From assembly GCA_963815415.1 (NCBI GenBank), contig CAWFGT010000011.1, positions 127,386 to 191,385 on the forward strand: a DNA stretch of 64,000 bases, read 5' to 3'. Numbering within the stretch: position 1 is the stretch's first letter; every line of letters begins with the position of its first letter. Made by a program: the position numbers and the translations under genes. The notes beneath the pieces were generated by a model. The model was not told where the DNA came from and did not search any database. It saw nothing but the letters and a program-made list of their open reading frames with translations. This stretch comes from an uncultured Actinomycetota bacterium. Lineage in GTDB: Bacteria > Actinomycetota > Actinomycetes > Actinomycetales > Micrococcaceae. Below are positions 22,205 to 31,239 of the stretch, piece after piece.

Positions 22205-23521
22205 TTAGACCCCTTCTACCCGCAGTACGGATGTGACGGAATTGACGACGTCCAGGCCCTTGACGGCCTCGACGGTTGCTGCGAGGGCAGCTTCGGTTGC
22301 GCGGTGCGTCACGATCCGCAGCTCCGCCGACTCCACGGAGGAGTCCTCGGAGCGGTGAATGGTCTGCCGCATGATCTCAATGGACACGCCGTGCTCCGCA
22401 AAGAGCTGCGCGATCCGGGCCAGGACGCCCGGCTGGTCAGCGACGTCGAGACCGATGTAGTAGCTCGTGACGGCGGCGTCGATGGGCAGCGCAGGGACGT
22501 TTCCGGTGCTGGTTTCCGTGCCGGCCGGGCCGCCCAGGACGATCCGGCGGGCGGCGGAGACGAGGTCGCCCAGGACGGCGGAGGCCGTCGGGGTCCCGCC
22601 GGCGCCCTGGCCGTAGAACATCAGCTCCCCGGCGTTCTCGGCTTCGACGAAGACGGCATTGAAGGCGCCGCGGACGGCGCCCAGCGGGTGGTCCCGCGGC
22701 AGCAGTGTCGGGTGGACCCGCACGGAGACGCCGGCGTTGCCCTGCTCATCGGTGAGTTTCTCGGCGATCGCGAGCAGCTTGATAACGAAGCCCGCGTCCT
22801 TCGCGGCCGCAATGTCGGCCGCGCTGACGGAACTGATGCCCTCGCAGTAGACGTCTTCCAGGGCGAACCGGGTGTGGAAAGAGAGGGCAGCAAGGATGGC
22901 GGCCTTCGACGCGGCGTCATGGCCTTCGACGTCGGCGGTGGGGTCGGCTTCCGCGTAGCCCAGGCGCTGTGCCTCGGCGAGTGCGTCGGCGAACTGCGCC
23001 CCGGTGGAGTCCATCTGGTCCAGGATGAAGTTCGTGGTGCCGTTGACGATCCCGAGCACGCGGGTGATCCGGTCACCGGAGAGGCTGTCCCGGATAGGCC
23101 GCAGGATGGGGATCGCTCCGGCCACGGCGGCCTCGTAGGAGAGCTGCACGCCGGCGCGGTCCGCTTCCTCGTGAAGGGTTGCGCCGTCCTGCGCCAGCAG
23201 CGCCTTATTACCGGTGACGACGCAGGCGCCGTTGCGCAGCGCGCTGAGGATGAGGCTGCGGGCAGGTTCGATCCCGCCCATGAGTTCCACGACGAGGTCG
23301 GCGTCCTTGACGAGGGAGTCGGCGTCGGTAGTGAAGAGTTCCTGCGGCAGTTCGACGTCGCGCTTCGCTTCGAGGTTCCGGACGGCGATACCGGTCAGTT
23401 CCAGGCGTGCCCCGGTGCGGGAAGCCAGCGCCTCGGCGTCCTCGAGGAGAATTCGTGCAACCTGGGCCCCGACGTTGCCACAGCCCAGCAGGGCTACTTT
23501 CAGGGTTCGCAATTCAGTCAT
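22205..23521 (-). CDS. hom: Homoserine dehydrogenase (with C-terminal ACT domain)
   Basis: 438 aa. N-terminal Rossmann motif VALLGCGNVGAQV and homoserine-DH catalytic region (GIVNGTTNFIL). ACT-like tail. Confidence 0.95.
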   Translation of the reverse strand: MTELRTLKVALLGCGNVGAQVARILLEDAEALASRTGARLELTGIAVRNLEAKRDVELPQELFTTDADSLVKDADLVVELMGGIEPARSLILSALRNGACVVTGNKALLAQDGATLHEEADRAGVQLSYEAAVAGAIPILRPIRDSLSGDRITRVLGIVNGTTNFILDQMDSTGAQFADALAEAQRLGYAEADPTADVEGHDAASKAAILAALSFHTRFALEDVYCEGISSVSAADIAAAKDAGFVIKLLAIAEKLTDEQGNAGVSVRVHPTLLPRDHPLGAVRGAFNAVFVEAENAGELMFYGQGAGGTPTASAVLGDLVSAARRIVLGGPAGTETSTGNVPALPIDAAVTSYYIGLDVADQPGVLARIAQLFAEHGVSIEIMRQTIHRSEDSSVESAELRIVTHRATEAALAATVEAVKGLDVVNSVTSVLRVEGV

Positions 23522-25027
23522 TCAGACTCCCATGTCGCGGTTGAGCAGATCTTCTTCGGTTTCCCCGCGGACAATGAGCCGGGCAGATCCGTCGCGCACA
23601 GCGACAACGCCCGGCCGGGCCAGATAGTTGTAGTTGCTAGACAGGGCCCAGCAGTAGGCGCCGGTCCCCGGTACAGCGAGCAGATCACCGGCTGCCACGT
23701 CCTCGGGCAGATATACATCTCTAACAACTATGTCGCCGCTCTCGCAATGTTTGCCCACCACGCGGGACAGTTGCGCCGCCGCGTCCGTGGTCCGCGATGC
23801 CAGAATCGCCGAATAATCCGCGTCGTACAGCACCGGACGGGCGTTGTCGCTCATGCCGCCGTCCACCGACACATACCGGCGGGGGTGCGTAACGTTCCCT
23901 CCCCCGGCAGGCCCTGCCGCTGCGGTTTCCGCGGTTCCTTCAGCGGGGGCGTCGACACGGACGGTCTTGAGTGTGCCGACTTCGTAGAGGGTGAAGGTGC
24001 TGCTGCCGACGATCGCACGGCCCGGTTCGATCGAGATCCGGGGCGCGTCAATGCCCAGTTCCGCACATTTGGAACGGACGACGGCGGCCATGGCCTGCGC
24101 GATCTCGGCCGCGGGGCGCGGGGTGTCCACCGGGGTGTAGGCGATGCCGTAACCGCCACCGAGGTCGAGTTCCGGCAGCACGATCGAGTACTTCTCCTGC
24201 ATGGCGGCCAGGAATTCGAGCAGCTTCACGGCGGCCAGGGCGAAGCCGTCGGGCTCGAAGATCTGGGAGCCGATGTGGCAGTGCAGCCCCAGCAGCTCGA
24301 TGCTGTCGTAGCCTGCGGCCGCAGCCACGGCTTCTTCCGCCGCGGACAGTCCGGCCCGGTCGGTGGAGTCTCCGGCCATGGACAGACCGAACTTCTGGTC
24401 CTCGTGCGCCGTGGCGATGAATTCGTGGGTGTGGGCGTGGACCCCGGGGGTGAGCCGGAGCATGACCTTGGCGGTGTCGCCGCGGTTGCCGGCGATCGCC
24501 GCGACGCGGTCCAGCTCGGCCAGGCTGTCCACCACGATCCTCCCCAGGCCCATGTCGAGGGCGCGGTGGATCTCGGCGTCGGACTTGTTGTTGCCGTGCA
24601 GCGCGACGTCGGCGCCCGGGATTCCGGCGCGGGCCGCGACGGCGAGTTCCCCGCCGGACGCGGTATCGAGCCGGAGCCCTTCTTCCTCGACCCACCGGAC
24701 GACGGACGTGCACAGGAACGATTTCCCGGCGTAGTAGACGTCCACGCCGCCGCAGATGTCCGCGAACGCGTCATTGAAGGCGTCGCTGAAGGCCCGGGCC
24801 CTGGCCCGGAAATCGGTCTCGCTCATGACGAACAGCGGGGTACCGAACTGGCGCTTGAGTTCGCTGACGGAAATCCCGTCGATGCTGAGCTCGCCGTCGT
24901 TGTTCCGCCCGACGCCGGCCGCCCACAGCGGTTCGTGGAGTTCATTGAGGTCGGCAGGAACCTGCAGCCACGACGGCGCCAGCGGGGAGGCCTCGGCGGG
25001 TGTGGTGTTCATGGAAGTCGCGTTCAT
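23522..25027 (-). CDS. lysA: Diaminopimelate decarboxylase
   Basis: 501 aa. Orn/DAP/Arg decarboxylase fold (YAGKSF, HCHIGSQ, GGGYGI, VSVDGGMSDN, CESGD). Confidence 0.95.
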   Translation of the reverse strand: MNATSMNTTPAEASPLAPSWLQVPADLNELHEPLWAAGVGRNNDGELSIDGISVSELKRQFGTPLFVMSETDFRARARAFSDAFNDAFADICGGVDVYYAGKSFLCTSVVRWVEEEGLRLDTASGGELAVAARAGIPGADVALHGNNKSDAEIHRALDMGLGRIVVDSLAELDRVAAIAGNRGDTAKVMLRLTPGVHAHTHEFIATAHEDQKFGLSMAGDSTDRAGLSAAEEAVAAAAGYDSIELLGLHCHIGSQIFEPDGFALAAVKLLEFLAAMQEKYSIVLPELDLGGGYGIAYTPVDTPRPAAEIAQAMAAVVRSKCAELGIDAPRISIEPGRAIVGSSTFTLYEVGTLKTVRVDAPAEGTAETAAAGPAGGGNVTHPRRYVSVDGGMSDNARPVLYDADYSAILASRTTDAAAQLSRVVGKHCESGDIVVRDVYLPEDVAAGDLLAVPGTGAYCWALSSNYNYLARPGVVAVRDGSARLIVRGETEEDLLNRDMGV

Positions 25028-25029
25028 GG

Positions 25030-26694
25030 TTACATCCGTTCCGGCGCCGAGACGCCCAGCAGTTCCAGTCCGTTGGCCAGCACCTGGCTGGTGGCGTCGT
25101 TGAGCCAGAGCCGGGTGCGGTTGAGGTCCGTGATGGCTTCCTCGCCCTGGGGCGCCACGCGGCAGGCATCGTACCAGCGGTGGTAGGCGCCGGCGATGAC
25201 TTCCAGGTGCCGGGCGACGCGGTGCGGCTCGCGCAGTTCCGCGGCTTTGGCCACGATCGAGGGGTAGCTGCCCAGGTAGGACAGGAGTTCGTTCTCCGTC
25301 GGGTGGTCCAGCAGTGCGGCCTCGAAGGCGTCCCTGCCGTCAACCCGGCGCTCCACCCCGGCCGCCACGGCGTTCCGGGCGGTGCCGCGGGAACGGGCGT
25401 GGGCGTACTGGACATAGAAGACCGGGTTCTCGTTGCTGTGCTTCTTGAGCAGCTCCGGATCCAGGGTCAGCGGTGAATCGGCCGGGAAACGGGCCAGCGA
25501 GTAGCGGACGGCGTCCTTGCCGAGCCAGGAGATGAGGTCCTTAAGCTCGATGATGTTGCCGGCACGTTTGGAGAGCTTGGCCCCGTTGACGGAGACAAGC
25601 TGGCCGATCAGGACCTCGATGTTGACCTCGGGGTCGTCACCGGCCGCGGCCGCGATCGCCTTGAGCCGGTGGATGTAGCCGTGGTGGTCGGCACCGAGAA
25701 GGTAGATCTTCTCCGTGTAGCCGCGGTCCTTCTTGGAGAGGTAGTAGGCGGCGTCGGCGGCGAAGTACGTGGGCTCGCCGTTGGCGCGGATCATCACCCG
25801 GTCCTTGTCATCGCCGAAGTCCGTGGTGCGCAGCCAGACCGCGCCGCCGTCGTCGTAGACATGTCCCTGCTCGCGGAGCCGCGCGACGGCGTCAGCAATC
25901 GCGCCGGCGTCGTGGAGTTCCTGTTCGGAGAAGTAGACGTCGAAGTCGACGCCGAACTCGCCCAGCGTCTGCTTGATGTCCTGCAGCTGCGCCTTGTAGG
26001 CCGCGCCGCGGATCACCGGGAGCGCCGCGACGTCGGTGAGTTCGCGGATGTCCGGGTGGCGGGTCAGGACCTCGTGGCCGAGGTCCGCAATGTATCCGCC
26101 GGGGTACCCGCCCTCAGGCATGTCCCTGCCGTGCATCCGGGCGAGGACGGACTGGGCGAAGACGTTCATCTGCGTTCCGGCGTCGTTGATGTAGTACTCG
26201 GCGGTGACGTCGGCCCCGGAGGCGCGCAGCACCCGCGCGATCGAGTCGCCCAGCGCCGCCCAGCGGGTGTGGCCGATGTGCAGCGGCCCGGTGGGGTTGG
26301 CCGAGACGAACTCCATGTTGACCACGCGTCCGGCGAGCGCCGAGTTGGTGCCGTAGGCCGGGCCCGCTTCGACGATGGCCCGTGCCAGGGCCCCCGCGGC
26401 AGCCGCGTCCACCGTGATGTTCAGGAATCCGGGTCCGGCGATGTCCACGGCGGAGACGCCATCGATGGTCTTCAGCCGGGCGCTGAGGACGGCGGCGAAT
26501 TCCCGCGGATTGATGCCCGCCGCCTTGGCCAGCTGCAGGGCGATGTTGGTGGCCCAGTCGCCGTGGTCCCTGTTCTTCGGACGTTCGACGCGCACCGCGT
26601 CGGGAATGTCGGTAGCCGACAGTGCGATGTCGCCGCCGGCGACGGCGTCTTTCAGGCAGGCGGATATGGCGAGGGAAAGTTCTTCTGGGGTCAC
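25030..26694 (-). CDS. argS: Arginine--tRNA ligase
   Basis: 554 aa. HIGH motif (PTGPLHIGHTRWAALGD) and class-I ArgRS architecture. GTG start. Confidence 0.97.
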   Translation of the reverse strand: MTPEELSLAISACLKDAVAGGDIALSATDIPDAVRVERPKNRDHGDWATNIALQLAKAAGINPREFAAVLSARLKTIDGVSAVDIAGPGFLNITVDAAAAGALARAIVEAGPAYGTNSALAGRVVNMEFVSANPTGPLHIGHTRWAALGDSIARVLRASGADVTAEYYINDAGTQMNVFAQSVLARMHGRDMPEGGYPGGYIADLGHEVLTRHPDIRELTDVAALPVIRGAAYKAQLQDIKQTLGEFGVDFDVYFSEQELHDAGAIADAVARLREQGHVYDDGGAVWLRTTDFGDDKDRVMIRANGEPTYFAADAAYYLSKKDRGYTEKIYLLGADHHGYIHRLKAIAAAAGDDPEVNIEVLIGQLVSVNGAKLSKRAGNIIELKDLISWLGKDAVRYSLARFPADSPLTLDPELLKKHSNENPVFYVQYAHARSRGTARNAVAAGVERRVDGRDAFEAALLDHPTENELLSYLGSYPSIVAKAAELREPHRVARHLEVIAGAYHRWYDACRVAPQGEEAITDLNRTRLWLNDATSQVLANGLELLGVSAPERM

Positions 26695-26852
26695 GGTTCT
26701 AGCCTACCGGTGGGCCGGAGTGTCGAAGAATCTGGCGTCCCGCCGGACGGGGTGAACCTATACGCTGAACTCGACGTTATAAGTGACATCACTGAAACAG
26801 CTGTCCCCGAGTACCCCGCCCGTCCGGTTGTCGCAACGAATCGAGTCACTAT

Positions 26853-27311
26853 ATGAATTCCGTATTCCGCAAAAGCATCCTCGCCGGCATCGCCGGCCTG
26901 TCCCTGGCCGGCACGGCCGCCGGATGCGCCCCGGCGCAGACCCCGGCCGCAGAGGCGGCCCCCTCCACCCCGGGGTCCGCAACCTCAGGCTCCGCCGCTG
27001 CCGGCGGAGCCTCCGCAGCCTATAAGGACGGGACCTATAGCGCCGACGGCAACTACGTATCGCCCAACGGCACGGAAACGGTGGGCGTCGAGCTGACCCT
27101 GGCCGACGGCGTGGTATCCGGCGTCCAGATCACGCCGCATCCGTCCAATCCCAATACCAAGAAGTTCCAGGGCGAGTTCGCCGGCGGGATCCAGGACCAG
27201 ATCGTGGGGAAGAAACTGGACGCGATCAGTGTCTCGAAGGTGGCCGGGTCCTCGCTGACCAGCGGCGGCTTCAACGAGGCCGTGGCCAAGATCAAAACCC
27301 AGGCATCGTAG
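26853..27311 (+). CDS. FMN-binding-domain lipoprotein (predicted ApbE flavinylation substrate)
   Basis: Signal peptide plus lipobox (SLAGTAAGC, Cys25), an Ala/Pro/Ser linker, then an FMN_bind-like domain. It ends in VSKVAGSSLTSGGF, a variant of the D-x-x-[ST]-G-A-[ST] flavinylation motif. Confidence 0.8.
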   Translation: MNSVFRKSILAGIAGLSLAGTAAGCAPAQTPAAEAAPSTPGSATSGSAAAGGASAAYKDGTYSADGNYVSPNGTETVGVELTLADGVVSGVQITPHPSNPNTKKFQGEFAGGIQDQIVGKKLDAISVSKVAGSSLTSGGFNEAVAKIKTQAS

Positions 27312-27346
27312 CCGGGCCGGACAGGCGGCGAAGCCAAGGAGAGGAC

Positions 27347-28219
27347 GTGCCGCATCCAGGCTGGACGTCATTCACGTTCGACGGAATCGGAACCGGCTGG
27401 GAAATCTCGACGCCGTCGGCGTTGTCCGCCGACGACCGCCGGCACCTGCTTGGCGTTGTGGCCGGCTACGACACCACCTGGTCCCGTTTCCGGACCGACT
27501 CGCTCGTGGCGGCGATCGCGCGCAGTCCGGGGCGTCGAGAATTTCCCGACGAGGCGGCCGAACTGGGCCGGCTGTACGCTGCGCTCTACCGCCTCACCGG
27601 CGGCGCCATGACGCCGCTGGTCGGCGGCAGCCTGGTGCAGCTCGGCTACGACGCGCAGTATTCCCTGCGGGCGGCCGGCCCGCCGCTGCCCGCGCCGCGG
27701 TGGGAGGACGTTCTGCACTGGCAGGGGTCCATGGTGACCACTGCGGCCCCTGTCACGATCGACGTCGGCGCCGCCGGCAAGGGGCAGCTGGCGGATCTGC
27801 TCTCAGCCGCGCTGGCGGCCCGCGGTCACGCCGGGCACTTCATCGACGCCAGCGGGGACCTGCTCAACGGCGGACCGGCCCCCGTGACGGTGGCGCTGGA
27901 GCACCCTTCGGACCCCGGCCAGGCCATCGGCACCGTGGTGCTGGGTCCGGGTGCCCTGTGCGCCTCGGCCGTCAACCGGCGGGTCTGGGACCGGGATCTC
28001 CACCATGTCCTTGACGGCACCACGGGCGTACCCGTCCGGGGCGTCGTTGCCAGCTGGGCGATGGCCGGAACGGCCATGGCCGCCGACGCGCTCGCGACCG
28101 CGCTCTTTTTCGTCGAGGGGGCACGACTGCAGCGCGAGTTCGATTTCGCCTGGCTCACCGTGTATTCGGACGGGCATGCGGAATTTTCCGCCGACTTCGA
28201 GGGGACACTTTTCTCATGA
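27347..28219 (+). CDS. apbE: FAD:protein FMN transferase (ApbE family), no recognisable signal peptide
   Basis: 290 aa. ApbE signatures (FDGIGTGWEI at the N-terminus, DVGAAGKGQLAD, VLDGTTGVP). GTG start with an AAGGAGAGGA SD. The ORF cannot extend upstream, so there is no room for a signal peptide. Confidence 0.88.
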   Translation: MPHPGWTSFTFDGIGTGWEISTPSALSADDRRHLLGVVAGYDTTWSRFRTDSLVAAIARSPGRREFPDEAAELGRLYAALYRLTGGAMTPLVGGSLVQLGYDAQYSLRAAGPPLPAPRWEDVLHWQGSMVTTAAPVTIDVGAAGKGQLADLLSAALAARGHAGHFIDASGDLLNGGPAPVTVALEHPSDPGQAIGTVVLGPGALCASAVNRRVWDRDLHHVLDGTTGVPVRGVVASWAMAGTAMAADALATALFFVEGARLQREFDFAWLTVYSDGHAEFSADFEGTLFS

Positions 28220-29796
28220 CACTGCATCCAGCGGCTCCGGTAGCCGCCCGGCTGGATACGGCCCTGGGCCGGTTCACCATGTACCGGCTGGTTCTTCTGG
28301 TCCTCGCGGTCCTTGCCGTCTACAGCCTGCTGCTCGACGTTCTCGGCTGGCTGACGTTCGGGGTGCCGGAGCTGCTTGCCCATCTGGTCCTCTGTCTTGG
28401 CCTGACCTACGCCTCCAACCGCGTGCTGGCTGCGGTCTTCCACGTCCGTCCGCACGCGGAATCCTCGCTCATCACGGGCCTGCTGCTGTATTTCCTCTTC
28501 TGGCCCACGCAGCTCACCGACGGTGTGCAGCTGCCGGACCTCGCCGGTGTGGCCCTGGCGTGCGTACTGGCGTCGGCTTCGAAGTATGCCCTGGCCTGGC
28601 GCGGCCGGCACATTTTCAACCCTGCCGCCGCCGGCGCGTTCCTGGCCGGCCTGACCGGCCTGAACATCGCCACCTGGTGGGCTGCGACGCCCGCCATGCT
28701 GTGGCTCGTCGTGCCGGGGGTGCTCCTGGTCCTCTACCGGGTCCGGAAACTGCAGATGGCCGCGGTATTCACGGTCCTCGCCGTCGGCATTGTGACATTC
28801 GAACTGCTCCGCGCGGGCCTGGATACCGGTTCGGCCCTGTGGCAGGCGATCGCGCAACGTCCCGTCCTGTTCTTCGTCGGCTTTATGCTCACCGAGCCGC
28901 TCACGCTGCCGCCGCGTCGCTGGCAGCAGCTGCTGCTCGCCGGCGTCGTCGGGCTGCTGTTCGCGGTGCCGTTCAATCTCGGATTCGCGGCGAACTCCCC
29001 CGAGCTGGCGCTGCTGGTCGGGAACCTGCTCGCATTCGCTGCGGGTCAGCGCCGCGGGATCCGGCTCCGCTTTGAGGGCTCCCGCCCGCTGACGCCAACG
29101 ACGACGGAGTTCCGGTTCCGACCGGAGCACCCCTTGCGGTATGCGGCCGGGCAGTACCTGGAACTCCACCTCCCGCCCGCCAGGGCCGATGGAACCAGGG
29201 CCGACGGAGCGGGAGCCGACGGAGCGGGGGCCGACCGAAAGGGGCCGCGGCGAGTCTTCAGCCTGACAAGTGCGCCAGGGTCTCCCGGGCTGGCGATCGG
29301 CGTGGGCACCGCCGAACCGGTGTCGGCCGCAAAACGGACCCTGCTGGCCCTCGAACCCGGAGACGAGGTGACCGGCACCGCGGTGGGCGGCGACTTTGTC
29401 CTGCCCCGGGACCCCGGGGTACCGGTGCTGCTGATTGCCGCCGGCATCGGCATCACGCCTTACCTCGCCCAGCTGGGCGCCGGCGCCGCCCGGGACCGTG
29501 ACGTTGTCCTGCTGTACCTGGTCCGGAACGCCGCCGAGCTTGCTTACGCCGACGAACTCGAACGCTCCGGAGCCCGCGTCATCGTCCGGCTCGCCGACGG
29601 ATCCACCCCGCCCGGCTTCGCACAGGATGCCGGGCAGGCGCGGCTGGACGGGGCGCGGCTCCGCGAGCTTGTCCCGGATATTGCCATGCGGCAGGTATTC
29701 GTCTCCGGGTCCCCGGCGAGTGTGCGTTCCCTGCGGACGGCAGCCCGGGACGCGGGCGCCCGCCGGGTTCATGTGGACTCGTTCGCGGGCTACTGA
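28216..29796 (+). CDS. Fusion protein: RnfD/NqrB-like polytopic membrane domain + FNR-type FAD/NAD(P)H oxidoreductase domain
   Basis: The N-terminal ~290 aa are multi-TM with HIFNPAAAG and FFVGFMLTEPLT (the FM-x-T-D/E-P-x-T motif of the NqrB/RnfD family). The C-terminal ~230 aa carry RVFSLTS (an RxYS-type FAD site), LLIAAGIGITP (NAD(P)H GxGxxP) and FVSGSP. ATGA overlap with apbE. Confidence 0.7.
   Translation: MTLHPAAPVAARLDTALGRFTMYRLVLLVLAVLAVYSLLLDVLGWLTFGVPELLAHLVLCLGLTYASNRVLAAVFHVRPHAESSLITGLLLYFLFWPTQLTDGVQLPDLAGVALACVLASASKYALAWRGRHIFNPAAAGAFLAGLTGLNIATWWAATPAMLWLVVPGVLLVLYRVRKLQMAAVFTVLAVGIVTFELLRAGLDTGSALWQAIAQRPVLFFVGFMLTEPLTLPPRRWQQLLLAGVVGLLFAVPFNLGFAANSPELALLVGNLLAFAAGQRRGIRLRFEGSRPLTPTTTEFRFRPEHPLRYAAGQYLELHLPPARADGTRADGAGADGAGADRKGPRRVFSLTSAPGSPGLAIGVGTAEPVSAAKRTLLALEPGDEVTGTAVGGDFVLPRDPGVPVLLIAAGIGITPYLAQLGAGAARDRDVVLLYLVRNAAELAYADELERSGARVIVRLADGSTPPGFAQDAGQARLDGARLRELVPDIAMRQVFVSGSPASVRSLRTAARDAGARRVHVDSFAGY
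29182..29241 (+). repeat. In-frame 15-nt tandem repeat (4 units) inside the reductase domain
   Basis: AGGGCCGATGGAACC / AGGGCCGACGGAGCG / GGAGCCGACGGAGCG / GGGGCCGACCGAAAG encodes RADGT-RADGA-GADGA-GADRK, between the first FAD-domain strands and the RVFSLTS motif. Confidence 0.85.
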
Positions 29797-29894
29797 GCGG
29801 TTCTCAGCGACACTCCGCGCGTCGATTTTCCTTTGTGGGCCTCATTCCTGCTAAGCTCTAGGACGTCCCGCCGGTAACGGCAGGATCCCTGATT

Positions 29895-29967
29895 GCCCTC
29901 GTAGCTCAGGGGATAGAGCGTCTGCCTCCGGAGCAGAAGGTCGTTGGTTCGATTCCAATCGAGGGCA
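29895..29967 (+). tRNA. tRNA-Arg (anticodon CCG)
   Basis: Hand-folded cloverleaf: acceptor GCCCTCG/CGAGGGC, D arm GCTC-AGGGGATA-GAGC, anticodon stem TCTGC/GCAGA with loop CTCCGGA, variable loop AGGTC, T arm GTTGG-TTCGATT-CCAAT. 73 nt; CCA is not encoded. Confidence 0.95.
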
Positions 29968-29977
29968 CAGCAGCGAG

Positions 29978-30011
29978 AACCCGCCGTTTCACTGGAAACG
30001 GCGGGTTTTTG
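29978..30011 (+). terminator. Intrinsic terminator after tRNA-Arg
   Basis: AACCCGCCGTTTC-ACTG-GAAACGGCGGGTT followed by a TTTTT tract. Confidence 0.8.
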
Positions 30012-30129
30012 CATTCCCGCCTCCTGTGACCCGGCCGGAACTTCACCTTGAGGTAGCCGCCTGCGGCCGATTGTCGGCGCCTGCCCGTAGGCTGTTCGCA
30101 TCGTCAGCGGAAGCACAAAGGGGTCTCGC

Positions 30130-31182
30130 ATGTTTTGTTCCATCATCCCGCCGTACCTGCTGCGCCGCGTGGCGTCGCTGCACGAACCCCGGCTCTCCGA
30201 GGCTGCCGCGGCGGCGCGGAAAGCCTTGCGGCAGGCCCCCGGCTTCCAGGCGACCCGTGAGCAGTTGGCTCCCGGCTCTCCCCCGGCTCCCCCGGGCCTG
30301 CGCGGAGAAAAGCCCGGCCCGCCGGAGCGGACCATCTATGACGCCGCGTCCACCGAGGAGCTCCCGGGCACCGTGGTCCGCAAGGAAGGTTCGCCGCCGA
30401 CCGGCGACCCTGCTGCGGACGAAGCCTACGAGGGACTGGGGCACACCCACCGGCTGTACACGGACGCCTTCGGCCGCGACTCCATCGACGGCCGCGGCCT
30501 GCCGCTCAACGCCACCGTGCACTACGGCGAGCGCTACGACAACGCGTTCTGGGACGGCCGGCAGATGGTCTTCGGCGACGGAGACGGCCAGATCTTTGAC
30601 CGCTTCACGAAGTCCCTGAGCGTGATCGGCCACGAACTCGCCCACGGGGTCACGCAGTACTCGACCGGACTGGTCTACCGGTACCAGGCCGGCGCCCTGA
30701 ACGAATCCGTGTCCGATGTCTTCGGGGCCCTCGTCGAGCAATACGCAAAACAGCAGTCCACCGCCGAGGCGAGCTGGCTGATCGGAGAAGGCCTTTTCAC
30801 GGACGAGGTCCAGGGTTCGGCCCTGCGGTCCATGAAGGCACCGGGTACGGCCTATGACGACGACATCCTCGGCAAGGACCCGCAACCGGACTCCATGGAC
30901 TCCTACATCCGGACCAGCGCGGACAACGGCGGGGTGCACCTGAACTCCGGCATTCCCAACCGGGCCTTCTGCCTCGTCGCGACGGCGCTGGGCGGAAATG
31001 CGTGGGAGACGCCCGCGCAGATCTGGTACGAGACCCTGACCGGAGGATCCCTTGCGCCCAAGGCGACTTTCCGGACGTTCGCCCGGGCCACGGCCGGCAC
31101 CGCGAGGGAACGCTTCGGGGCGGATTCGAAAGAGCATGACGCCGTGCGGTCCGCGTGGGAAACTGTGAAGGTAAGGCTCTAA
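30130..31182 (+). CDS. M4-family (thermolysin-like) metallopeptidase, protealysin-like, no signal peptide
   Basis: 350 aa. HELAHGV zinc motif plus the downstream GALNESVSDVFG (third zinc ligand Glu). The N-terminal FCSIIPPYLL is typical of the short propeptide of protealysin-like proteases. Confidence 0.88.
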   Translation: MFCSIIPPYLLRRVASLHEPRLSEAAAAARKALRQAPGFQATREQLAPGSPPAPPGLRGEKPGPPERTIYDAASTEELPGTVVRKEGSPPTGDPAADEAYEGLGHTHRLYTDAFGRDSIDGRGLPLNATVHYGERYDNAFWDGRQMVFGDGDGQIFDRFTKSLSVIGHELAHGVTQYSTGLVYRYQAGALNESVSDVFGALVEQYAKQQSTAEASWLIGEGLFTDEVQGSALRSMKAPGTAYDDDILGKDPQPDSMDSYIRTSADNGGVHLNSGIPNRAFCLVATALGGNAWETPAQIWYETLTGGSLAPKATFRTFARATAGTARERFGADSKEHDAVRSAWETVKVRL

Positions 31183-31239
31183 TCCGTCCCACGGACCGCG
31201 GTCTGGTGAAGACCGCAGTCCCGAAACGATCGCAGTCCC

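Noticed and set aside
21215-25186. 1323-aa plus-strand ORF, the longest in the track
   Set aside because: It is antisense to thrC, hom and lysA, all of which have unmistakable motifs. The translation is Arg/Gly/Asp/Val-rich with no recognisable domain. It is a typical stop-codon-poor antisense frame of high-GC DNA.
27826-29772. 648-aa minus-strand ORF
   Set aside because: Antisense to apbE and the RnfD-FNR fusion. Arg/Gly/Pro-rich nonsense.
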